Assembly (NCBI GenBank): GCA_034439575.1
Contig: JAWXAQ010000002.1
Coordinates: forward strand, 128,001 to 192,000
Reading direction: 5' to 3'
Length of the DNA stretch: 64,000 bases
Source: Leptospira sp.
GTDB taxonomy: Bacteria; Spirochaetota; Leptospiria; Leptospirales; Leptospiraceae
Shown here: positions 49,980-60,057 of the stretch, piece after piece
Layout of the letters: the number at the start of each line of letters is the position of its first letter
How positions within the stretch are numbered: the first letter of the stretch is position 1
Made by a program: the position numbers and the translations under genes
The notes under the pieces: generated by a model
Told to the model about the DNA's origin: nothing
The model's database searches: none
Seen by the model: only the letters and a program-made list of their open reading frames with translations

Positions 49980-50798
49980 TTATGGGTTATTAGTTGTGAA
50001 AGAAAATGAGAATGGTATCAATCCATTTCCTACTAAATCTCGAATTCCATTCCCGAATGAAATAGTGTAAGGTGTGCCTGCACTCGAGTTTAATATAGTT
50101 ATAGCTACCGAATTTGACGATGGTGTTAATTGTAAGCTGGCAACTGGACTACTCGAGATATTACTTGAAGTCAATGTGCCTTGGTCAATATTTTCACTAA
50201 AAGAGACTGAAACAAAAGTATCGTATGTTGATCCATTGAAAACCATATTATGTGGATTGGTCCCATTCGCAGGTGTCGAAGATGTGATCGTAGGTGCCAC
50301 AGTTTCTGTCTCCGCCAGAGTCACGGTCGCCCCTAGTTCATGACTAACAAGACTTGCCACTTGGAACTGGGCATCAGAACTAATCACCGATGAAACAGTG
50401 TTTGTCGAACTCACAGTGAGAGTAATGGTACCTAAACTCGTTCCGTTAGAAGAGGTTACATTAAAGATAAAAACACCAGGGCGGAGTTTTAATAAAAATC
50501 TTCCATTTGCATTTGCTCGGTAAGTGGTAGAAACTGCTTCTGCACGAAGGGATGAGGATGTAGCGAGTGTTAATGTGGGATTAGCGAGATTTGAACCATT
50601 GGTACTCTTGATTTGACCCTCTACTTGCATGGTCGCATCATTGGAAGTTGAAGGAGCTGTTGGTGACAAAGCTAATAATCCCAAAGAACTTGAACTATCC
50701 TTTGCTTCCTCTGGAACTAACAATTGATTTACGAAGGGATTGTAATAACAACCCACAAAAGGTAGGACGAAAGATAAAATTAATAATTTAAGTTTCAT
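49980..50798 (-). CDS. Lipoprotein with Ig-like (Big_5-type) domain
   Basis: Lipobox FVGC; APTITSSTPANG...VSFSENID...IRDLVGN...FSFTT. Confidence 0.8.
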   Translation of the reverse strand: MKLKLLILSFVLPFVGCYYNPFVNQLLVPEEAKDSSSSLGLLALSPTAPSTSNDATMQVEGQIKSTNGSNLANPTLTLATSSSLRAEAVSTTYRANANGRFLLKLRPGVFIFNVTSSNGTSLGTITLTVSSTNTVSSVISSDAQFQVASLVSHELGATVTLAETETVAPTITSSTPANGTNPHNMVFNGSTYDTFVSVSFSENIDQGTLTSSNISSSPVASLQLTPSSNSVAITILNSSAGTPYTISFGNGIRDLVGNGLIPFSFSFTTNNP

Positions 50799-50816
50799 AA
50801 TGTTTCCTTCCCTTAT

Positions 50817-51665
50817 TTACTTCGGTTTTCTCGATTTCTCCATCTCTTTCAATTCGCTTTCTAAAAGTTCCAATTCCACTTTTTCTTGTATACTTTCAAT
50901 TTCTTGCTGAGTTTTGATTTCGCTAACTGCGGAGTCTTTGATCTGGTTGAGTTCTTTTTCAGAAATCAAACGATACCCTTCCCCTTCACATGTTTCTATG
51001 ATAAGTGTCTTTCTTGTGATTGTGATAAGAAAACCACCGAGTAAGGTGATCGCCATATCAGTATAAGTCGATTTTTGTGAAATACGCATTGGCTTTCCGT
51101 CTTTAGGAAGGAGGCCTGTCAAATTTGGTTCTCTAAATCGTAAGGCACCAAATAACCAAAAGTATTCAGGATATTCTGAGTATGGTGTACATTTCTGAGA
51201 AAAACTAGCAAGTGTTATGGATTGACTAGGGTTTGGTGAACCTAGTATAAATGAATCGCGAAGTGTGGATTTAACAGCGACTCCCCCTGCAGAGGAAGAA
51301 CTTGGATCGCTATTATTTGTGTTTTGCGATTCTGCTTGTTTGGCTAAAAGTTCTTTCCTTTTCTCTTCCATAAGCTTTTGTTTTTCGGCTTCACGTTTTG
51401 TTTCTTCTGCTTTTCTAATTTTTTCTTCTTCGTCAAGTGCGAGGTCACGATAGATAATTTTAAGGACAGATTTTTTGGGTATTACTAGATGTTTACCGTC
51501 AAGAGTATCAACATCCACATGGTCTAGATTTTGCCCAGTCACGGTACCCTTAATGGTTCTTCCTTGTTTGAGCAAAACGGTGTGCGTCGCCATTAACATA
51601 TAACTAGGAAAAACGAAAAAAACGAAAAAAACGAAATTGGGAAGAATGGTTTTATAAGATTTCAT
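50817..51665 (-). CDS. Secreted hypothetical protein with LA_0442/LA_0875-like N-terminal domain
   Basis: Signal peptide then TVLLKQGRTIKGTVTGQN...IPKKSVLKIIY and a charged coiled coil. Confidence 0.65.
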   Translation of the reverse strand: MKSYKTILPNFVFFVFFVFPSYMLMATHTVLLKQGRTIKGTVTGQNLDHVDVDTLDGKHLVIPKKSVLKIIYRDLALDEEEKIRKAEETKREAEKQKLMEEKRKELLAKQAESQNTNNSDPSSSSAGGVAVKSTLRDSFILGSPNPSQSITLASFSQKCTPYSEYPEYFWLFGALRFREPNLTGLLPKDGKPMRISQKSTYTDMAITLLGGFLITITRKTLIIETCEGEGYRLISEKELNQIKDSAVSEIKTQQEIESIQEKVELELLESELKEMEKSRKPK

Positions 51666-51838
51666 ATCAGTTTTATCAGTTAAGGTGAATTTTAAAGCGG
51701 AAAGGGTTTTATGGAAAGAAGAAAAGTAGAATCATTCAAATTTTGTGGTAAATCCTAATCAATTTATTACCCAAAATTTGCTACAATGTTCATTCAAAAT
51801 CTATAGATTCTTAATGAACATAATTATGTCAGAAATTT

Positions 51839-53935
51839 CTAAAATTCAATATTTTTAAACTTTAACTGTCGTTCGCATTCGGTTAGAAAAATTCTGGATA
51901 CATGGTCTTGTGGAATATGGTTCAGAATTCCTTTGAATAGTTCTTCTGCTTCTTCATAATCCTGTCTTCGGTAAGCTTCGAGTGCAAAAGTATAATCTTC
52001 TTTTTTTGAAATCAATGCATCTCGTTTTTCTTCGTCGTAACCATTCAAAACTTCTACAACGTAAACTGATTCCGTTTTGCCTTTGATGGAAACTCGGTCG
52101 AGCAATCTGTATTCATATCCTAGATCTTCTGTCGCTTCAATAAAAGTATCTGCACTAATTACGATTTCAGCACCAAACATTTTAGTCACACCTTCAATGC
52201 GGGATGCTAAATTGACGGCATCGGAAATCACTGTTCCTTCCATTCTTTCGTGTTCGCCGATGATACCGAGAATTAGATTTCCAGTATGAACGCCAACACC
52301 AACTTTGATCGGTTGGTAATTTGATTTGATACGATATTCATTATAGAGTCGAATTTCGCTTTGCATCTGTACGGCGGCCCGAATAGCATCGTCTGGATGG
52401 TTCGGGAAAAGAGCCATGATCGCATCACCAATAAATTTATCTATAAAACCATTGTTATGACGAATGATTGGACCAACTCTTTGTAAATAAGCATTTAAAA
52501 AATCAAAGTTTTCTTTGGGACTTAGAGTTTCTGAAAATTCGGTAAAAGATCGAATATCTGCAAAAAGGATGGTCATTTTCTTTTGGATCTGTTCACCTAA
52601 CTTTAAATCACGCACATCTTCTTTACCTAGATATTTTAAAAATTGTTTCGGAAAAAATCTGCTATAGGATTCATTTAAACCTATTAAATTTTTTGCGAGT
52701 TCTTTAGTTTGGACTAAGTTTTGTTTGATAGCATTTCCAAAAGTGGACACTTGAAGGATTACAAAAATAACAACTGCCATAGGTCCTACGTATAATGTGT
52801 GTATGACGACCTCTGCGTGCAAAGTATCATTTATCGCCGCCACAAGTAATAACAAAGTTCCACCTAGAAGAAGTTTTGAATCAGAACGATGCTCAAGATA
52901 ACTTTTTGTGAGTGAGTAGAAAATAAAAATCCCGTTGAGTATAAATACAAAAGGATAAATAGACGCAGTTTCTGTGAAGTAAACAGAAGGTAATATTAGT
53001 GCCAATGTCAAAATGGCTGATAGAATGTAGAATAAATTTGTAAACCTCTTATCAAAATCTAGAGGAAATATCGTTTTAAAGTAGCGTGTTAATATGGGAG
53101 CAGTCCAAAACCAAGATATATATTCCAATCTTAATATCAATGGATAAGGAACAGATATAAAGTCTAAAAGGATTCGTTCGCCTGTTGTGATATTTCTTAA
53201 AAGTACGATGCTTGCAAATAAAAATATGCCCAGTGCATGGTGCGATTTTCTTTCAAAAAAATAAAATATTAAAAAACAAAAACTAACAAATGCTAGAACG
53301 GCAGTGATTAAAGACTCGTTCATTTTTTTATGAGCTAATCTTTCATGTGCTCTTGTATATGGGCTTAGTAAAATATCATTCCAAGCTCCACCTTTTCTAT
53401 GAGAAAAATTTGAGACTACGAAATCTATGGTGATTTCTTTGTCTGTTTCTCTGATAGGTAAAATGACTATGGAAGACTTAGTCTCAGGAACACTTGCAAT
53501 CGAATTTGATCCGACTTTTCCTGCACCACCCAAGTATTTTCCATTCACATATATTGCATATGAAGTATCTTGTTCGCTAATTAATACTGCGAGTTGATTT
53601 TTGATTTCCGAATTTGGTAAGATAATTTTCAAACGATAAGTAGCTACTCCTTGGCCACCAAGCGTTTGTTTGTTTTTTAATTCGAATCCATTCCAATGGG
53701 AAGGAAGTGTTATGATCTCTGGATTTGTTTTAGCTGTGATCTCATGGGGTAAGGAAAAAGGAAAAAAATGCCATTCACCTTCTAATGATAAAAAAGGATT
53801 TTCTGAAAAGGAATGTGATGATAAATCTAATGAACCATTGATGATATGTGCTCTAGTTTTTTCCACTTCTGGCAAACAACCAAGGCAGAGATACATAAGA
53901 ATAAAAGATGAAATTCTAATGAACACCGTGAGCAA
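51839..53935 (-). CDS. Adenylate/guanylate cyclase with 7TM-DISM sensor
   Basis: LEGEWHF...PSHWN extracellular domain, 7 TM helices, LFADIRSFT, DKFIGDAIMALF, DAVNLASRIE. Confidence 0.93.
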   Translation of the reverse strand: MLTVFIRISSFILMYLCLGCLPEVEKTRAHIINGSLDLSSHSFSENPFLSLEGEWHFFPFSLPHEITAKTNPEIITLPSHWNGFELKNKQTLGGQGVATYRLKIILPNSEIKNQLAVLISEQDTSYAIYVNGKYLGGAGKVGSNSIASVPETKSSIVILPIRETDKEITIDFVVSNFSHRKGGAWNDILLSPYTRAHERLAHKKMNESLITAVLAFVSFCFLIFYFFERKSHHALGIFLFASIVLLRNITTGERILLDFISVPYPLILRLEYISWFWTAPILTRYFKTIFPLDFDKRFTNLFYILSAILTLALILPSVYFTETASIYPFVFILNGIFIFYSLTKSYLEHRSDSKLLLGGTLLLLVAAINDTLHAEVVIHTLYVGPMAVVIFVILQVSTFGNAIKQNLVQTKELAKNLIGLNESYSRFFPKQFLKYLGKEDVRDLKLGEQIQKKMTILFADIRSFTEFSETLSPKENFDFLNAYLQRVGPIIRHNNGFIDKFIGDAIMALFPNHPDDAIRAAVQMQSEIRLYNEYRIKSNYQPIKVGVGVHTGNLILGIIGEHERMEGTVISDAVNLASRIEGVTKMFGAEIVISADTFIEATEDLGYEYRLLDRVSIKGKTESVYVVEVLNGYDEEKRDALISKKEDYTFALEAYRRQDYEEAEELFKGILNHIPQDHVSRIFLTECERQLKFKNIEF

Positions 53936-54001
53936 GATTGTCTGCCTATCGCAAAAATCAAAAGTTAAAATTTTGATTCTTTGATTTTACTTAAGTTTAA
54001 T

Positions 54002-55567
54002 TCACTGAGTCAATCGAATAGGCCGTTGTGGAAAATTTGTATAGTCTTCAAATTTTGTAAATTTGATAGGATCTCTTTTATATCCTAGTAAATCTTCTAG
54101 TGGTTGGTACCGATTCATACCCATGCTGATCTCTATATCTTTCCCAGTGAATTGTAATGGGTGTTCATAACCGCAAGAGTGAGCAAGCGATAAGAGTTCT
54201 TTTCTAAATCCTTGGATGTATTTAGTGGCTCGCTTTCCTTTTAACTCAGGATCAACTCCTCTTTGCAACCACCAGTTTTGTGTGGCAACACCAGCAGGGC
54301 AATGATCAGTATGGCATTTTTGCGCTTGGATACAACCTATCGATAACATAGCTTCGCGTGCGATGTGAATTAAATCACAACCCATAGCAATGGCAACAAC
54401 TGCCCTATCAGGAAATCCTAATTTGCCTGAACCGATCCAAACTATATTTTTAGAGATTCCGTATTTTTGAAAGAGAGTATAAACACGTTGAAATCCTATT
54501 TTAAAAGGTAAGGACACATGATCCGCATACGTTAAGGGAGCCGCTCCTGTGCCACCTTCACCGCCATCAATCGTGATAAAGTCTGGCCCTTTGCCTGTAT
54601 GTTTGATTCTTTTTGCCAATTCTTCCCAAAATTCAATCTCTCCAACAGCACTCTTGATTCCCACAGGTAATCCTGTTGCATCTGCAATGCGTTCAATAAA
54701 ATCAATTAATTCTGAAACAGTACTAAACTCTCTATGTGAGTTAGGTGAAATACAATCTTTACCAACTTCCACTTGGCGAATTTGTGCAATTTCGGCATTG
54801 ACCTTGGCGGCTGGCAAAATACCACCTTTACCTGGTTTGGCGCCTTGTGAAAGTTTGATTTCTATAAGTCGAATGCAGGGATTGATTTCAACTTTATGTT
54901 TTAGTTTTTCTAAATTGAAATTGCCAGTCTCATCTCTTGCCCCAAAATACCCTGTGCCAATTTGCCACATAACATCTGCACCTTGTTTGTGATAATTTGA
55001 CAAACCACCTTCACCTGTATTGTGATAGGCGCCGGCATCTCTTGCACCTCGATTCAATGCCATAATCGCATTTTTTCCCAAGGAGCCAAAGGACATAGCA
55101 GATATATTTATGATCGAATAAGGTCTGTAAGGGTATTTTCGTTTTCGCCATTCGCCAATTATTTTTAGACCTGGAATACAACTTGGATCTTTTTCATAAA
55201 TGAAGGCTTTTGATTCGGGATATGGGAAGGCTCTGTGTTTGATAATCGGGTAACCTGGTTCGTATTGCAATTCAGTCGTTCCAAATCCAAAGTTATTATT
55301 TTGGCCTTTGGCTGTTGCATAGATCCAACTTCTTTCTGTTCTATCAAAAGGACGTTCTTCTTTATCATTGGCCACCCAGTACTGTCTGAGTTCGGGTCCA
55401 ATCATTTCTAAAAAGTATCTTAAGCGACCAACGATGGGAAAGTTTCTCTGAATTGTATGTTTTTTCTGAGTGACGTCGCGTATAAAAATTATGATAAAAA
55501 ATAGCAATACGCCTATCCATACCGAAGACCAAAGATGTGATTCGATCCATGTGAGAATTTGTTCCAT
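54002..55567 (-). CDS. FMN-binding glutamate synthase family protein
   Basis: SAMSFGSL, NTGEGG, EIKLSQGAKPGKGG, DGGEGGTGAAP, CIQAQKCHTDHCPAG. Confidence 0.93.
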   Translation of the reverse strand: MEQILTWIESHLWSSVWIGVLLFFIIIFIRDVTQKKHTIQRNFPIVGRLRYFLEMIGPELRQYWVANDKEERPFDRTERSWIYATAKGQNNNFGFGTTELQYEPGYPIIKHRAFPYPESKAFIYEKDPSCIPGLKIIGEWRKRKYPYRPYSIINISAMSFGSLGKNAIMALNRGARDAGAYHNTGEGGLSNYHKQGADVMWQIGTGYFGARDETGNFNLEKLKHKVEINPCIRLIEIKLSQGAKPGKGGILPAAKVNAEIAQIRQVEVGKDCISPNSHREFSTVSELIDFIERIADATGLPVGIKSAVGEIEFWEELAKRIKHTGKGPDFITIDGGEGGTGAAPLTYADHVSLPFKIGFQRVYTLFQKYGISKNIVWIGSGKLGFPDRAVVAIAMGCDLIHIAREAMLSIGCIQAQKCHTDHCPAGVATQNWWLQRGVDPELKGKRATKYIQGFRKELLSLAHSCGYEHPLQFTGKDIEISMGMNRYQPLEDLLGYKRDPIKFTKFEDYTNFPQRPIRLTQ

Positions 55568-55614
55568 ATTACCTGCCGGAAGGAAACTCTAGTAGGGAAT
55601 TTTAAAAATTCAAG

Positions 55615-56022
55615 CTAAGATTGATCTAAGTGAGTGGCTTTTAAGAATTTTTCTTTGGTTAAAGGTTTTGCAATGTAGCCAGATAACAGATGATTTTCCG
55701 CGGCTCGTTCCAAATCTTCTTCATCAATGGAAGAACTCACCATAAAAATTTTGTTTGGTTTTGCTAATTTGTTTTTTAGCAAATGGTATTCATCCAAAAA
55801 CTGCCAACCATCTTTGAAAGGCATATTAATATCTAAGAATATATAATCAGGAAGTAATTGAAAGGAATGAAGATTTGCTTTCAAATAATTAAGAGCTTCT
55901 TCTCCGTCGGAAAAAATAATAATATCTAAAGGAATATCTACGTTTGATATTATTTTTTTACTCGTGAATTGATAAATTTTATCATCATCAACGATACAGA
56001 CTATTTTTCGCTCAGAATTCAT
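55615..56022 (-). CDS. Single-domain response regulator
   Basis: IVDDD, FLDINMP, VSSS, AKPL. Confidence 0.93.
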   Translation of the reverse strand: MNSERKIVCIVDDDKIYQFTSKKIISNVDIPLDIIIFSDGEEALNYLKANLHSFQLLPDYIFLDINMPFKDGWQFLDEYHLLKNKLAKPNKIFMVSSSIDEEDLERAAENHLLSGYIAKPLTKEKFLKATHLDQS

Positions 56023-56211
56023 TTGCTAAAAATTTTCCGAATCATAAGGAAATAAGAATTAAGACAACTCCTTTATTGTCTACTCTTTACGACGTATGAA
56101 AATCCGAATTTCATTTTAAAATTTCTTAGATTCAATTTTTTTTGATTCAAGAAATCACTGATTTCAACCTTCATTTTCAGGTGGCCGCCTAAAACATTTA
56201 GAGGTAATTGA

Positions 56212-56565
56212 ATGAAAAATCTTTCTTACATCATATTGGATGGGAATTTAACACATGATCCAGAACTTAAAAATACAAGTCTGGGAAAATCAGTCACAAA
56301 CTTTACAGTCGCTGTGAATCATTCTGCAGGTTATACGGATGATAAAGAAGCAGAAGATGTTTCTTTTTTTGAAGTAGAGGCTTGGGAAAAAATGGGAGAA
56401 AATTGTTCGGAGTATCTCAAAAAAGGAAGCAAAGTAACAGTGATGGGAAACCTCAAACAAAGTCGTTGGAAGACAAACGAAGGAGAAAACAAATCAAGAG
56501 TAAAAGTGATTGCTACTTCCGTACGTTTTGACAGTCCAAAAAGAAAAGAGGCGAAAGCAGCTTGA
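56212..56565 (+). CDS. ssb: Single-stranded DNA-binding protein (short form)
   Basis: GNLTHDPEL, FFEVEAW, YLKKGSKVTVMGNL, RW; no acidic tail. Confidence 0.9.
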   Translation: MKNLSYIILDGNLTHDPELKNTSLGKSVTNFTVAVNHSAGYTDDKEAEDVSFFEVEAWEKMGENCSEYLKKGSKVTVMGNLKQSRWKTNEGENKSRVKVIATSVRFDSPKRKEAKAA

Positions 56566-56570
56566 TCTTG

Positions 56571-56600
56571 TTATGTGCGGGCTTTTTTGCTCGCACATAA
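56571..56600. terminator. Stem-loop between convergent genes (probable bidirectional terminator)
   Basis: TTATGTGCGGGC-T6-GCTCGCACATAA. Confidence 0.75.
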
Positions 56601-56603
56601 ATT

Positions 56604-57530
56604 TTATGGTAGGTAGATCGTTTTTTTTCTCTTTTTTAGATGGTTCTCTTTTTGCGTGGGGATTTCTTTTTCATGTTTTGGTGGGGCAAATTTTTCTACT
56701 TCCGTCTCTGAATCTATAGGCAATTTCGGTATTTCAATCACTTCTGCTTTCTGTTCTTCGATTTTTTTTCCATTTTTTAAAATTGCTAGGACTTTGAAAT
56801 ATGTTGGCGAAGTAGTTAATTTCCATTCCCTATAATTGACTATTTCCGCATCACCAAGATTTGTGGAAGAAGGGATTGTGATCTTTTCACCAGGATTTCC
56901 TGAAGGAATTCTATCTTTATTGAGATTCGCTATTTTGCTTTTGACATATGATCTATTTGATTCTAGGTTATCACTTGTTTGGTTTCCTGATTTATTGCTG
57001 TATACGTTTTTCACCAAATTACAGTTTTGATTACCATTGGCACAGGCTATATCTATAAAAGGTGCAAGATAAATCATTTCAATTTGAAAGGATATGTATT
57101 CGCCGACTCCTGGCGGTATCTTTCCATTTAACTCTATTCGCTGGCTTAAAAATTCGATCGCTGTAATTGTATCTGTTTGGAGTGGATGCGTATCTAAAAT
57201 TTCTCCTTTATGATTACGTAAAATAATTTTTGGATTGATGATCTTTCCTGAATTGATATCTTCAATCAAGTTTATGCCATTTGTTTTATAATTGATTAAG
57301 ATTTCAGTTGATAATTTGTTTGAGTCGCCAAGATCAAAATTTATGGAATTTTCTTCGTTTGGTGATGGATTTTTTGTATCGTATAATGAAAGTAAGTTGG
57401 ATGAAAGGATTTTGATCCCATCCAGATTGATGACGTTATCTTTTGGTAGAGTATAAGATATACTTTGGCAACCAAATATCAAACTGATAAAAAATACAAA
57501 AAAGAAATATGGATAAAGTTTTAATTTCAT
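56604..57530 (-). CDS. Hypothetical lipoprotein
   Basis: Lipobox LIFGC; no recognised domain. Confidence 0.7.
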   Translation of the reverse strand: MKLKLYPYFFFVFFISLIFGCQSISYTLPKDNVINLDGIKILSSNLLSLYDTKNPSPNEENSINFDLGDSNKLSTEILINYKTNGINLIEDINSGKIINPKIILRNHKGEILDTHPLQTDTITAIEFLSQRIELNGKIPPGVGEYISFQIEMIYLAPFIDIACANGNQNCNLVKNVYSNKSGNQTSDNLESNRSYVKSKIANLNKDRIPSGNPGEKITIPSSTNLGDAEIVNYREWKLTTSPTYFKVLAILKNGKKIEEQKAEVIEIPKLPIDSETEVEKFAPPKHEKEIPTQKENHLKKRKKTIYLP

Positions 57531-57542
57531 AGCGATGATTTT

Positions 57543-57565
57543 CCTCCAAGGAAATTCCTTGGAGG
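57543..57565 (-). promoter_or_regulatory. Perfect inverted repeat covering the putative RBS of the 57530 gene
   Basis: CCTCCAAGGAA-N1-TTCCTTGGAGG. Confidence 0.6.
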
Positions 57566-57573
57566 TTGTTTTC

Positions 57574-58077
57574 TTAGTAAGGAGTCACCGACATAAAAGG
57601 TACTGGGCCTTCTGTTTCTTTTAGCTCTATCATTTCATTGTTTTCTGATTTAAATAATTTTCCAGGTTGGTTAGCAAAAGCATAAAAAGTGGCATTGCCA
57701 GTTTTTGAAATAGCTTCTACTTTTAATTCTTTACCGAATTTAGAATAAGTTAGGCGGACATTTTCGTTGCCATCATTGTATTCTTTGACAAGAGTTCCGT
57801 CCATATTGTATTCTGACATGGCAATAGGATTGGAATCAGTCCAAAATTCAACAAGGTTGAATAAGATTAAATCCAAAAACGTTGCGATCCAATATGCAAA
57901 GCTGAAAGGAATGTACATCAAAATGGTGCGAATCAATTTTGCAATTTTTCCACTTCCAATTGTGATTCCAGCGTTGATTCCATATACGGTTTTAGTTAGG
58001 CCAAATTTTCCAAAACAATTTGATAAAGAACCTAAAGAGACGAGCGCTATGCTCAAAATTGTAATAATGCGTTTCAT
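57574..58077 (-). CDS. DUF3332-family lipoprotein
   Basis: LSNCFGKFGLT, DLILFNLVEFWTDSNPI. Confidence 0.85.
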   Translation of the reverse strand: MKRIITILSIALVSLGSLSNCFGKFGLTKTVYGINAGITIGSGKIAKLIRTILMYIPFSFAYWIATFLDLILFNLVEFWTDSNPIAMSEYNMDGTLVKEYNDGNENVRLTYSKFGKELKVEAISKTGNATFYAFANQPGKLFKSENNEMIELKETEGPVPFMSVTPY

Positions 58078-58185
58078 TTTTACCTCTATTTTGTTTGATC
58101 TTTGATTCTCTGAATTAGTTTAGCAAGCCGAAATGATTGACGCGATACAAATTTCTGAATGTATCGTAATTGCTAAGGAAAACCA

Positions 58186-59655
58186 TTGATTTTCTCCGAT
58201 TTTGAATACTTTGTTTTTTTCCTCTTCGTTTTTTTTACTGTTTGGTATCTATTTCCTGCACTGATTTGGGATGAAAGAAAGGAAAAACGGATATTACATA
58301 TATTCCTTCTTATCGCCAGTTATTTTTTTTATATGTCTTGGGATTATCGATTTGGCGCATTGATACTCCTTTCCACTTTTATTGATTATTATGTAGGGAT
58401 GAGGTTGGCAAAAACTGAATCTAAGTCCTGGAGACTAGCATTATTATATTTTAGTTTAATTACAAATTTAGTTTTTATCTTAGGGTTTTTTAAATATTAT
58501 AATTTTTTAGCATCTACGACAAACTCTGTTGGTTTGCATCTGTTTGGTGAACCTGCTCTTCCTATTTTAAATATAATTTTACCAGCGGGAATTTCCTTTT
58601 TTACATTCCAGTCATTAAGTTATACGATCGATGTTTACAGAAAAGAAATTCCAGCGGAAAGGGATTTTATCAAATTTGCTCTTTTTGTCAGTTTTTTCCC
58701 CCAACTCGTTGCGGGTCCGATTGTAACAGCAAGAACATTTGTCCCACAATTGTATGAGATTAAAAAATTTGAAAACATTGAATTTCGCATTGCAATTCGT
58801 TTTTTTATGTTAGGTTATTTTAAAAAAGCAGTTTTATCCGACCAAATTGCACCTACCATCGATTTAATTTACAAAGATCCGACGTCTCTTCACACTTTTA
58901 CTTTATGGATAGGATCTGTATTTGGTGGGATTCAAGTATATTTAGACTTTAGCGGTTATACGGATATGGCCATTGGAAGTGCATTGCTTTTGGGATATAA
59001 ACTTCCAACTAACTTTAATTTACCTTTTATTGCCACATCGGTTTCTGGATTTTGGAGGCGTTGGCATATTACCTTAAATTCTTGGTTACGCGATTATATT
59101 TATTTTCCTATGGGTGGCAGTCGTGTATCGCCTATTCGTAGAAAATTCAATATTTGGTTTACTATGTTTGCGAGTGGAGTTTGGCATGGTGCGAATTGGA
59201 CTTATGTTTTTTGGGGATCTTTGAATGGTGTTTTTTATATGATAGAAGAGCTATATAAAGATCTATTTGGGAAAGAGGCAGTACTTGAAATCAGTTCGAT
59301 GGGGAATAGGATCTATTCTGCTTTCAAATGGTTTTTTCAAAATACGATCACAAATCTTCTTTTTTTTATGGGAGCAGTATTCTTTCGTTCGAGTACATTT
59401 GAAAATGCGATTTTGCATTTAAAGGGAATGTTTGTTTGGCAAAATGGACTGTTTCGTCCGTATATGTGGAAGGAATTTTTATGGATCAGTGTTCTTGTTG
59501 CACTGGGACATATTTTCGGCTACCTAATATTCGAAAAAAAGAAAGTAACCAACTTTCCCGTAACTTTCGAACTTGCACTTTACCCTGTTATCATACTTTT
59601 GCTTTGTCTTTTCACTCCCGAAAATTCGACTCCTTTCATATACTTCCAATTCTAA
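58186..59655 (+). CDS. MBOAT-family O-acyltransferase (AlgI/DltB-like)
   Basis: LPAGISFFTFQSLSYTIDVY, FFPQLVAGPI, DFSGYTDMAIG, FWRRWHITL, SGVWHGA. Confidence 0.95.
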   Translation: MIFSDFEYFVFFLFVFFTVWYLFPALIWDERKEKRILHIFLLIASYFFYMSWDYRFGALILLSTFIDYYVGMRLAKTESKSWRLALLYFSLITNLVFILGFFKYYNFLASTTNSVGLHLFGEPALPILNIILPAGISFFTFQSLSYTIDVYRKEIPAERDFIKFALFVSFFPQLVAGPIVTARTFVPQLYEIKKFENIEFRIAIRFFMLGYFKKAVLSDQIAPTIDLIYKDPTSLHTFTLWIGSVFGGIQVYLDFSGYTDMAIGSALLLGYKLPTNFNLPFIATSVSGFWRRWHITLNSWLRDYIYFPMGGSRVSPIRRKFNIWFTMFASGVWHGANWTYVFWGSLNGVFYMIEELYKDLFGKEAVLEISSMGNRIYSAFKWFFQNTITNLLFFMGAVFFRSSTFENAILHLKGMFVWQNGLFRPYMWKEFLWISVLVALGHIFGYLIFEKKKVTNFPVTFELALYPVIILLLCLFTPENSTPFIYFQF

Positions 59656-59703
59656 ATCCCTTTTTTCGTTTTCACAAAATCACAACCTCGGCATAATGCT
59701 TCC

Positions 59704-60048
59704 ATGGATAGCGAACGCAGACTTCCAAGGATATCACCGAGAGAATTTCGAGACTTCGAAATCCATTTGGACTTAGACGGTGTGACTCTGATTGGCAAGT
59801 TGGGTAATATCTCGGAAGAAGGGCTTTGTTTTTTAGGCGAAGATGATCTTTTATCCGATGAATTGCAAACTCTCGTTATCGGGACGATACTTTGGGCCAA
59901 TCGAACACAGAGAATGTTTTTCGAAGGAAAAATCATGTGGGTTCAAACTGCAAAAATTCGTGGTGTTGAATATCACTTGGCTGGTATTCAATTTGATGTA
60001 AAATTAAATCTCACTGATTCGATGTTAGCTAGGAGTCTTGAAATTTGA
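59704..60048 (+). CDS. PilZ-domain protein
   Basis: ERRLPR (RxxxR-like) and NISEEG (D/NxSxxG). Confidence 0.85.
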   Translation: MDSERRLPRISPREFRDFEIHLDLDGVTLIGKLGNISEEGLCFLGEDDLLSDELQTLVIGTILWANRTQRMFFEGKIMWVQTAKIRGVEYHLAGIQFDVKLNLTDSMLARSLEI

Positions 60049-60057
60049 AGGTTACTC

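Noticed and set aside
51609-51636. (AAAAAAACG)n short repeat as a phase-variation site
   Set aside because: Only about 3 copies of a 9-nt in-frame unit encoding FVF in a signal peptide; unit slippage would not shift the frame.
53954-53988. AT-rich inverted repeat (AATCAAAA...TTTTGATT)
   Set aside because: Low-complexity stem likely by chance; not a convincing terminator.
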